Below, piece by piece: positions 56,652 to 64,000 of a DNA stretch of 64,000 nucleotides. Position 1 is the first letter of the stretch; each line of letters opens with the position of its first letter. Source of the DNA: an uncultured archaeon (GTDB lineage: Archaea; Asgardarchaeota; Thorarchaeia; Thorarchaeales; Thorarchaeaceae). Both the position numbers and the translations under genes were made by a program. Under the pieces are notes generated by a model, which was not told where the DNA came from, made no database searches, and was given only the letters and a program-made list of their open reading frames with translations. The DNA lies in assembly GCA_964558645.1 (NCBI GenBank), contig CAZLEV010000005.1, positions 64,001-128,000 on the forward strand. The letters run 5' to 3'.

Positions 56652-58544
56652 TTGGTTTTAAGAGGAGATGACGCGGAATATCAGGAAGCAATCCGGTTCT
56701 GGGAGGGGCAAAGCGATACAAACAAACGAATAATCCTTCAGACCCTTGTAGAAAATAGCTGGGACTTCGAGGGGGTTACAGAGGAGTATGGTAGCAAGAT
56801 AGCTCGTATTCCCCTTTCTGTCTTGCAGGCGGAGTATAAGAGGCTGAATCTGACTCCTAGGCGATTGGAGAAAGAATTCCGAGATCCGTTGAAGGCAACT
56901 CCTTTGAAGAATACTCTGAAGCGTTTGAGTCAGACCTGTACCGCAGAGGAGGCGATCGCAGAGTTAGTAGACAATGTCTTCGACAACTTTGCGAGGAAAC
57001 GTCATGAACGTACAACGGATCTCTTGGAAATCGGCATTCACTTCCTCTCTCGTGAGGGGGAACACTACGACGAGATAATCCTCAGGGAGAATAGTGGGGG
57101 GGTCAGGAATGATGAGCTTCTCCCGTTGGTTCGGTTGGGGGACTCGGCGACTGCCGGAGCACGCACGATCGGTGCATGGGGACAAGGATCGAAGATTGCA
57201 TGCTTTGCCCTAGCAGATGAAATAGAGATTTTTACCCATCATCCTGCCCATCGTCCGGTCTGTATTCATTTCCCAGACGGATGGCTAAAGGAAGAACACC
57301 CACGATACAAAGACTGGGAAGTGAAAGTATACGAAGCTGAGGATGTACCTAGTGGGACAACGGTATTTCGTTTCTGTAACTTGAAGACAACGGCAAGAAC
57401 GGCTGACCTGACAGCTATCAAGAAATACCTTGAGAGAATCTATTCCTACAAAATCCAGGATTGGAGAGAACAGGGTACCACGATTGATATCCGATTAGAA
57501 GATACACTGAGCGATGTATCCTATGAAATTGAACCCGTTTTCACTGTTGATATTCTCGAGGAAGAGAGGGGCTTCTGTTGGTTTCCTGATTATGCACCAT
57601 TGGAGGTGACTCATGTGCTCGAAAGCGAAACGCCGTTGGGTGAGAAGATCGAAGTCAAGGTAAGGATGGTTTGTGGTATACTGAGTGATTCGAAGTCGGA
57701 CCTAGGGGGAGTATATATGTACGGTAATAAGCGACTCTTCACACCAAAGCCGGAAACTGATGAAAGGGTGGGTTACGGTCTAGATGTTCAGGGAAGGAGA
57801 GGCAAGATTCAGAAATATCGGCCCTCGCTCTATCGTCTTTTGACATTTGTCTTCTTCGAAAGCGAGGAACAGGAGTCTGAGTATATACCTTGGGCTGCAC
57901 CTCTCAAGAACCGGTATAATCCAAGTAACGTCTTTCATGATGAAATAATCCAGATTCTCTACAGAATAGTCTATCCGTATAGTCTTGTATGCGAAGGTCT
58001 AGAGAGGGAAATGCTACCATTCTTTTCCAAAAGATGGGACGCTCTTGGCCGCCAAGAGAAGAAGAACCTAGTGGAATCATTCTTTGGCGGAGACGTGAAT
58101 CCCGAGGAAGTAGTCAAATACCATATCATTGAAGGCAACCTGGACAATCTTCGTCAGTTCCCTTTTGAACAAGTAAAGGGAATCAGCGACTTGCCCTTCG
58201 GGCAAGTAAAATCTTCAACAGTGAAGAAGTTCCTAGAAAAAGTCAAAGATGAGAAGTTCAACGTTGGAAGGAGAGAGTTCTTCTTGGCATTCTTCTCGGG
58301 CACGGTGAATCGACTAGTCGGTGAAGGAGTGCTCGACATAGACTTACCCGCACCAGATCCAGATCATATCAATATGGAGTACATAGAGAGTTGCCTTGAG
58401 CAGATGGAGCAGCTGTACGAGTCGGGGACAATCAAGCTTGAGATGGATGAGAAGGAGAAACTACAGAAGAAACTCAATCTACCAGAAGAGGCATCTGTAG
58501 CTGAGATTATCGATGCACTTGCAAAGAAAGAACTCGGCATCTAG
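56652..58544 (+). CDS. GHKL (HATPase_c/MORC-like) ATPase
   Basis: AIAELVDN (motif I), ENSGG (II), IGAWGQGSK (III) and SGTTV (IV); S5-like GVYMYGNKRLF. Confidence 0.85.
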   Translation: MVLRGDDAEYQEAIRFWEGQSDTNKRIILQTLVENSWDFEGVTEEYGSKIARIPLSVLQAEYKRLNLTPRRLEKEFRDPLKATPLKNTLKRLSQTCTAEEAIAELVDNVFDNFARKRHERTTDLLEIGIHFLSREGEHYDEIILRENSGGVRNDELLPLVRLGDSATAGARTIGAWGQGSKIACFALADEIEIFTHHPAHRPVCIHFPDGWLKEEHPRYKDWEVKVYEAEDVPSGTTVFRFCNLKTTARTADLTAIKKYLERIYSYKIQDWREQGTTIDIRLEDTLSDVSYEIEPVFTVDILEEERGFCWFPDYAPLEVTHVLESETPLGEKIEVKVRMVCGILSDSKSDLGGVYMYGNKRLFTPKPETDERVGYGLDVQGRRGKIQKYRPSLYRLLTFVFFESEEQESEYIPWAAPLKNRYNPSNVFHDEIIQILYRIVYPYSLVCEGLEREMLPFFSKRWDALGRQEKKNLVESFFGGDVNPEEVVKYHIIEGNLDNLRQFPFEQVKGISDLPFGQVKSSTVKKFLEKVKDEKFNVGRREFFLAFFSGTVNRLVGEGVLDIDLPAPDPDHINMEYIESCLEQMEQLYESGTIKLEMDEKEKLQKKLNLPEEASVAEIIDALAKKELGI

Positions 58545-58559
58545 TGGAGAAAGCAGCAG

Positions 58560-59060
58560 ATGCGATACAGAAGTGTGACGGAAAAGGACATTCTGTTCAT
58601 TCTTGAGGAATCGATTAGTAAGTTGCCGCATCATCCTTGGATCCAGACCGAGAGTGACATAAAATGCGCACTTTATACCGCGTTTTACAATATGATTTCA
58701 GTCCGAATAGCCAATCTCGAGAGCTGTGGTTGGCGAGTCATTACGGAGTATCCATTACCCGACGGCAAGTATGTCGATTTTGCTGTTCTCCACAACGGCC
58801 ATCCGTGTTTGTTTGTTGAGATAAAATACATCAAGAATTTCACAACTAAGGAAATCGCGGATATTCGGGAGGACTACTTGAAGAGAAAATCCTTTCTGAT
58901 CAGCGAAGAAGTCAAGCTGCTACAGCTTGTTGCAAGTGAGTTTGACGGGGACTACGAAGAGGTGATTTGCGAGAAGATGATAAGAGCATATGGCGAACTC
59001 TATGAGGGGGGTCTGGGAGGAAAGGCATACATCATATATATTCGGATTCCAAGTGGCTGA
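58560..59060 (+). CDS. PD-(D/E)XK-type nuclease
   Basis: TESD, EYP...YVDFAVL......FVEIKY and a downstream helix DY.KR. Confidence 0.72.
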   Translation: MRYRSVTEKDILFILEESISKLPHHPWIQTESDIKCALYTAFYNMISVRIANLESCGWRVITEYPLPDGKYVDFAVLHNGHPCLFVEIKYIKNFTTKEIADIREDYLKRKSFLISEEVKLLQLVASEFDGDYEEVICEKMIRAYGELYEGGLGGKAYIIYIRIPSG

Positions 59061-59085
59061 GGCAGAAACTACAGAAAGCGCATTG

Positions 59086-59472
59086 CTACTCCGTTAGTAC
59101 ACTCTTCTGACGACTGTCAAGCAAAAGCAAGAAGTCATCAAGCGATCTGATCCTCGTGTGGATCAGGGATATGCCTCGGTTAAGGTGAGCCTTGAGATAG
59201 GCTTCAGCCTTTTCGAAGTCGATTTCATCTGCAGATAACCGTTCGATCAGAAGAGATCTGAAAGCATTATCCCATTTTCCCGTTAAAGAGTACCTATTCA
59301 GTTCTTTGCCATCTTCATCGAAGTCGAAACTTGGAAACCCCTCTTTCTCCATCGAATAGCAGAGAGCAACTCGACACAGAAGATTCGGTGTTATTCCTGT
59401 CCTCCGCCTCAAGACAGTTAGTTTGGAGGTTGACGACCGACTGACCTTGATTTTCTTGAATTCCAGCTTCAT
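59086..59472 (-). CDS. dndE: DNA phosphorothioation protein DndE
   Basis: TGITPNLLCRVALCYS, GKELNRYSLTG and KAHLNRG; ATGA-coupled to dndD. Confidence 0.93.
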   Translation of the reverse strand: MKLEFKKIKVSRSSTSKLTVLRRRTGITPNLLCRVALCYSMEKEGFPSFDFDEDGKELNRYSLTGKWDNAFRSLLIERLSADEIDFEKAEAYLKAHLNRGISLIHTRIRSLDDFLLLLDSRQKSVLTE

Positions 59473-61460
59473 CCGCAGGTCCTCCTGGTCGTTGCTATTG
59501 TACGGCGTTCGGCACCATCAAACTGAAGATGGTATTCCTGAGATATGATGGGGCGGATCTTCTTTCCAACCTCTTCGGTAACTTCAGTTTCCGTAGCGAA
59601 CATTACTATCTGTGGACCTGCAAGTGGAATGAATTTCGAGATCACAGAGGCACGATGTTCCTCATCTAGTCGGGAGAATGGAGTATCAATGAAGACTGGC
59701 AGACTTCTCTTCGATATTTTAGAGATGGCGCCCAGTAGTGCATATATGTAGATTTGTTGTTCTCCTGAAGAAAGGACCGACGAGCCGGTTGTCCTGCCAT
59801 CGCTATGCTGGATACTGACATCAAGTGCATCCCTTCCAATTTCAACGGCACGGAGTCGTTTGTTACGGGGTCGCATGTTGTTGTAAATCTGCTTGAACTC
59901 TGCAGTCAGTTCTTCTGCATAAAATGAATGAAGTTCTCTCTTGAATTCTTTGACTACCCCACGGAGTCTGTCAACTAGTGCAAGTTTCCGTTTGTGCTTC
60001 TCGGCCGCCTCTGTTTCTTTCATTGCCTTGTTCTGACGGTTCCTAAGCTGCTCAATGTCAACAATGAGCGAATCAAGCTCGTCCTGAAGCTCGTTTTTCT
60101 CCCGTTCGATCTTCTCAAGGTCCCGTATAGAATCACGCAAATCGCTCACAAGAGGTTTGAGACTCTCATCTGTGGGCATTCGAGAGAGGTCATCGCGTAC
60201 TTGCTCCAGTGAGGCTTCTACTTGGCCGTATTCGCTTACATAGTCTCTGAATTCCTGAAGAGCTGTCGGCGCATCATGGGTAAGTAGTCTGACTACCCGG
60301 TCGGTTTCGAAAGAAGATAGCTTGTGACGAAGCGGAATATTGTGACTATTCTCAAGTCTGCTGGATATCGCATCCAGAATGTCCTCAGCTATGCGCTCCT
60401 TCTGGGAAGAGGATAAATCAAGTGAGTCGAACACGCCATCGGAAGCCATTGAGCTAGCAAGTTCCTTCTTGCCATCCTTCATCTTTCTGACTACTGCATT
60501 AGATGATATTATATCCGCTTCTCTCTTTAGAACCTCGACGGTCTTCTTCTTCAACGATGGGGCGAAAACAAACGGGAGAGCATTTGAGAAAAGCTCTAGT
60601 ATTGCTCGCTCTAATGTTTCTTTCTCAACAAGGAGATGTCGCTCTTGACGGTGAAGCTCGTTCCTTTGCTCAGCATACTCTGAGCCCTGCCTCGAAAGCC
60701 TTAGCTCCTGTTCCGTAATGGAAGCCTGGATATCGATGAGAAGGCCGTCGATTTCGGCTAGTCTCTCATGAATCCACTCGCTCCTCTCAGTCAACTCATT
60801 TATCTCATTCTCTAGCTTCTCGAACACAGAGAAGTCGGCCTGAATCTCCTTCTTGTTCAACCAGTACATGTATCTAGGCAAGTCGGAATCCAGTTGATTG
60901 ACAACATCGATTCCCACCAGAGTTTCAAATCCGTCTCTGAAAATCTTCTGTGGGCCGCGGGCTCCAGATAGTCGGTCTATTCGTTCCCCGTCGAAGAATA
61001 TCAGCTGGGCGAGTCCTGCAGGCACAAAATTCAGAAGGAATTCCTGAGGATAAGTGAGTTCCTTCTCTGGTTCTCCTCCCTGTAGAATTGATGCTCTGAG
61101 GTCCTCAATCACACCACCGTCTCTTTGAGTCCATGCGCGGGATATCCGGAGACGGTAATCGATACCTCGCTCAGCATAGGCTATTTCCAACTCTATTGAT
61201 GAAGTGTCGGCGGAGTTTCCGCCTGATATTCGCTGCTTGATGAAATCCTGGTAATCCGCTTCTTTCATCTTGATCCCTCGGAAGAAAGGGCCGTAGATGC
61301 AAAGAGAGATTGCCTGAAACAGTGTGCTCTTACCGGCGCCATTCTTCCCAGTGAAGAGAATCAACGAAGGTGATTGTTTTTCGTCTTCACAGGACAGACT
61401 GAAGCTATAAGATCCTCGATATGGACCGAAGTTCCGAATGTCTACAGAACGCACCCTCAT
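59469..61460 (-). CDS. dndD: DNA phosphorothioation SMC-like ATPase DndD
   Basis: NFGPY, GKNGAGKST, FFDGERI, coiled coil, LSSGEQQ, FIDTPFSRLD and ATETE. Confidence 0.95.
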   Translation of the reverse strand: MRVRSVDIRNFGPYRGSYSFSLSCEDEKQSPSLILFTGKNGAGKSTLFQAISLCIYGPFFRGIKMKEADYQDFIKQRISGGNSADTSSIELEIAYAERGIDYRLRISRAWTQRDGGVIEDLRASILQGGEPEKELTYPQEFLLNFVPAGLAQLIFFDGERIDRLSGARGPQKIFRDGFETLVGIDVVNQLDSDLPRYMYWLNKKEIQADFSVFEKLENEINELTERSEWIHERLAEIDGLLIDIQASITEQELRLSRQGSEYAEQRNELHRQERHLLVEKETLERAILELFSNALPFVFAPSLKKKTVEVLKREADIISSNAVVRKMKDGKKELASSMASDGVFDSLDLSSSQKERIAEDILDAISSRLENSHNIPLRHKLSSFETDRVVRLLTHDAPTALQEFRDYVSEYGQVEASLEQVRDDLSRMPTDESLKPLVSDLRDSIRDLEKIEREKNELQDELDSLIVDIEQLRNRQNKAMKETEAAEKHKRKLALVDRLRGVVKEFKRELHSFYAEELTAEFKQIYNNMRPRNKRLRAVEIGRDALDVSIQHSDGRTTGSSVLSSGEQQIYIYALLGAISKISKRSLPVFIDTPFSRLDEEHRASVISKFIPLAGPQIVMFATETEVTEEVGKKIRPIISQEYHLQFDGAERRTIATTRRTCG

Positions 61461-62860
61461 CGATCAAGCTTCCTCCTAGTAGCAAGCACTTCCTCTTTCG
61501 ACCGCCATTCCTCAGAGAAGACTCGGTCGATATGTTCCATCATCGAAGATCTTCTCGCTAGACCCTGCTTCAACGCCTCCAAATCAAGTAATTTCTTGAC
61601 AAGATCTAGTGGCACATTCTCTTTCTCACAGAGGCTCTGAAGAATATCCTGCTCTTTCATTCCGAAGGTGACTATGTCGTCCGTCTTCCACTCCAAGTCC
61701 TTATCCATCTCTTCTCGATATATTTTTGGAACACGATCAAGCCAATCTGCACGCTCCAATCGCCAGATACGGCGGATTGCATGTAATTCATCAGAGCGAA
61801 TAACCACGAAGGTATCCAGACCTGTTTCATCTATCTTCTTCTGAACTCTTAGCACCATTCTTAGTATCTTCTCACACACATCAAGCCTGTATGGGCCTGG
61901 AACGATGGCACTGGAATCATTTCGCATGAAAGAAACACGGCCGTTTCGTCTTTTGTACTGGCGATATTCCTTCTTCTTCTCCGGATTAGTAGTCATATGC
62001 AAGAAGTCCCTTATCTCGAGAAGATCACTCATCCAACCTCTTCTGGTGTCAATTAGATGTTCCATGGATCTATCGCTTTCCACGAGCGTACAGACCCAGC
62101 ATCCGAAACGCGAGTTACCACAAGGAGGCGTCTTTGTGTCAACAACCATAGGGCACTCTCCGCCCTCGGCATCTTTATAGAGATCAAACAGGGCGTAGTT
62201 ATCACCGCCCCAAGGGGAACTCTCTTCCAGTAGATAACCCCAAACTTCGTCTACACTAAACTCCTTGATAGGAGCATAGACATAAGCTCCCGCAAAGTGT
62301 GTATGTTTGAGGAGCTTCGGCCTTTTCGTTTCTCTCAAACTGAGTACTTGATCGCGTGTGGCACTTTCACCCTGTCTGACACCCAATACGATTATCACTT
62401 CGCCATGATACGCAATCTTCTCCTCAATGAATCTGTTCGATGGTCGTATCTTCAAACGATCCGTACACCAGCGAAATTTCTGGGTTGGAGCAGGATATCC
62501 TCTCCCAATAAGGTTCACCCAGAAACTATCATTTATGGCGGGCTGAACCAATGCAATCTCAAATGGGAGATTCGCATCCTCGGCCGCATTCTTCATTCTT
62601 GAGAGAGAATCGCGTAGGTAGTCGAGGACAACAGGGTTCTCTACGAATGTATCGGAGGATATGACATAGAGCTTCTTTTGCAGCTTCTTTCTCGGCAATT
62701 CGGACAGTGCAGACCAGACCATCTGTAAAGCCGCTGTGGAGTCCTTGCCCCCGCTGTAACCAACTATCCACGGGCGGTCGTCCGCAAGAAATAAGCTTCT
62801 GATTTCCTCGTATATGTTACTGAGCCGCCACTCATCTATGATCACCGATGTTTCACTCAT
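61457..62860 (-). CDS. dndC: DNA phosphorothioation sulfurtransferase DndC (PAPS-reductase family, Fe-S)
   Basis: GYSGGKDS, FWVNLIGRGYPAP..FRWCTDRLKI, ECP and CGNSRFGCWVCT. Confidence 0.96.
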   Translation of the reverse strand: MSETSVIIDEWRLSNIYEEIRSLFLADDRPWIVGYSGGKDSTAALQMVWSALSELPRKKLQKKLYVISSDTFVENPVVLDYLRDSLSRMKNAAEDANLPFEIALVQPAINDSFWVNLIGRGYPAPTQKFRWCTDRLKIRPSNRFIEEKIAYHGEVIIVLGVRQGESATRDQVLSLRETKRPKLLKHTHFAGAYVYAPIKEFSVDEVWGYLLEESSPWGGDNYALFDLYKDAEGGECPMVVDTKTPPCGNSRFGCWVCTLVESDRSMEHLIDTRRGWMSDLLEIRDFLHMTTNPEKKKEYRQYKRRNGRVSFMRNDSSAIVPGPYRLDVCEKILRMVLRVQKKIDETGLDTFVVIRSDELHAIRRIWRLERADWLDRVPKIYREEMDKDLEWKTDDIVTFGMKEQDILQSLCEKENVPLDLVKKLLDLEALKQGLARRSSMMEHIDRVFSEEWRSKEEVLATRRKLDR

Positions 62861-63169
62861 TGACGACGACCCCGACTTCCAAGACGCTCTGCCATTTTCT
62901 CTCTGAGTTCATACTCCCTGAAATGCCTTTTCCTTTCGGGCCTCAGATTCGCAAAGGAACAGCACTCATGGGAGTATCTGTTACTCCTATGTGAGCATCT
63001 GTACATCAAGCTTCCCAATTCCATTTCCCTCATCATGTGTGTTCCACTTGCTGCAATAAAAGGTCGTCAATTCCCTGAATCTCTCATCATTGATTTCGAA
63101 GAATCATGAGATCATGTAGCTCTGCTTGTCTTCTCATACACTATACCTGGTGATTCCCCAAGAGCTCGT

Positions 63170-63802
63170 CTATTCGTACTCATTCGACAAGAACTGCTTG
63201 GGTATTTCTGCAAGTACCTTCTTCTCGAACTGCTCTCTGACTCTAACAAAGTCAAGAGCAATGTACTCAGGCGCGTGTGACCTCATCTTCCACTCTACAA
63301 ACCTGCTGCTCGCAAGTTTGTCGATGAAGGATATGTCCCCATCTTCTCTTGCGGCATCAGAGTAGTACGGAAACACGACATTGGTTACGAAATCGTCATC
63401 GAGGATTATGTCAAGAAAGTCGTAAAGCTTCCGCCTGTATTCAACTTCCCTTTCTTGATCCAGATCCTCGTTCCTTGATAACCACAGGAGAAGAAGTGCA
63501 TTGCGAAGCATGTTTACTTCTTTCTCTACATTGGCACTGAACTCATAGCTGCCGTCGCAAGGGAACTCGTCAACTTCCAACGGAGGAAGTTTGACGGTTG
63601 AGTAGAGCCCGTAGAAGACTGTTAGAAGGAGGATGTCCACCTTCCTGGGTCCGCTAAGGTAGTCAGTTTCGTTGTACTGATCACGTCCCTCCTTCCCGGC
63701 TGCTGGAGATTCAGCAGTCTGCTCACCCACCGCCTTCAGAAGACTCTCAAGTTGTTTCGGCATTCTGATATTACCTTTTAACTGCATGTTCCCAGACCTC
63801 AC
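63170..63802 (-). CDS. Dnd-associated hypothetical protein (PbeD/DndE-like candidate)
   Basis: GTGA-coupled to the upstream ABC/SMC ATPase and located directly upstream of dndC. Confidence 0.6.
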   Translation of the reverse strand: MRSGNMQLKGNIRMPKQLESLLKAVGEQTAESPAAGKEGRDQYNETDYLSGPRKVDILLLTVFYGLYSTVKLPPLEVDEFPCDGSYEFSANVEKEVNMLRNALLLLWLSRNEDLDQEREVEYRRKLYDFLDIILDDDFVTNVVFPYYSDAAREDGDISFIDKLASSRFVEWKMRSHAPEYIALDFVRVREQFEKKVLAEIPKQFLSNEYE

Positions 63803-64000
63803 TTCGGATTCTCGATTTTTTCGACCTCTGCAGAGAAATACTCAGCAAAATCATCAAGCTCGGTGGGCAAACAAAGCAGCATGACTTGTGGATGATTGTT
63901 CACCAAATGCTTTGCAAGGGCAGCTCTGTGACTTCCAACATTGCCCACAGGCGTGTCGATAATGATGGGATCAACCTGGCTCATTGCCTCCGCGAAGAGA
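63799..64000 (-). CDS. C-terminus of a second SMC/DndD-like ATPase (PbeC-like candidate), partial
   Basis: Frame is open to the window edge: LFAEAMSQVDPIIIDTPVGNV..HR...QVMLL..PTE, a Walker B/D-loop region parallel to DndD PVFIDTPFSRLD...QIVMFATETE. Confidence 0.7.
   Translation of the reverse strand, partial: LFAEAMSQVDPIIIDTPVGNVGSHRAALAKHLVNNHPQVMLLCLPTELDDFAEYFSAEVEKIENPK

Noticed and set aside
1-64000. tRNA, rRNA, CRISPR arrays, integrase or transposase
   Set aside because: None recognised by eye. tRNAscan-SE, Infernal and ISEScan would be needed to exclude them formally.

Overview
Archaeal chromosomal window. Gene content and style point to an Asgard archaeon, most likely Thorarchaeia; this is an inference from the degenerate Rab-like gene, eukaryote-like Cia2, giant TrmB coiled-coil protein and Thr-linker/TM-anchored surface proteins. 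About 1-54 kb is mostly housekeeping and metabolic: fatty-acid/acetate genes, GalE, an aminotransferase, DtdA, a RimK-like ligase, proteasome alpha, a radical SAM protein, a RACo-like ASKHA protein, HDAC, LarE, PepQ, tusA-iscS-iscU, IPK plus prenol kinase, GGR, an ABC solute-binding protein and a subtilase. These are interleaved with many uncharacterised proteins. From about 54.7 kb the sequence looks AT-richer by eye (not computed) and ends in a defence island: a GHKL/MORC-type ATPase plus a PD-(D/E)XK nuclease converging on a phosphorothioation operon dndC-dndD-dndE. No dndA or dndB is visible, and the operon is preceded by pbeC/pbeD-like genes cut by the window edge. The most notable signals are: (1) the Dnd/Pbe-like plus MORC-nuclease island; (2) a tusA-iscS-iscU module whose IscS has Asp in place of the PLP lysine and whose IscU is fused to a degenerate thioredoxin-reductase NADPH domain; (3) a pseudo-Rab GTPase next to an acidic polyproline protein; (4) a TrmB split by about 1,080 proline-free helical residues; (5) an unannotated CdrS/aCcr1-like RHH gene upstream of two Cys-rich paralogues; (6) a candidate pseudoknotted RNA near 38.3 kb; (7) three apparent non-canonical starts (ATA, CTG, ACG). 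I recognised no tRNA, rRNA, CRISPR array or transposase.
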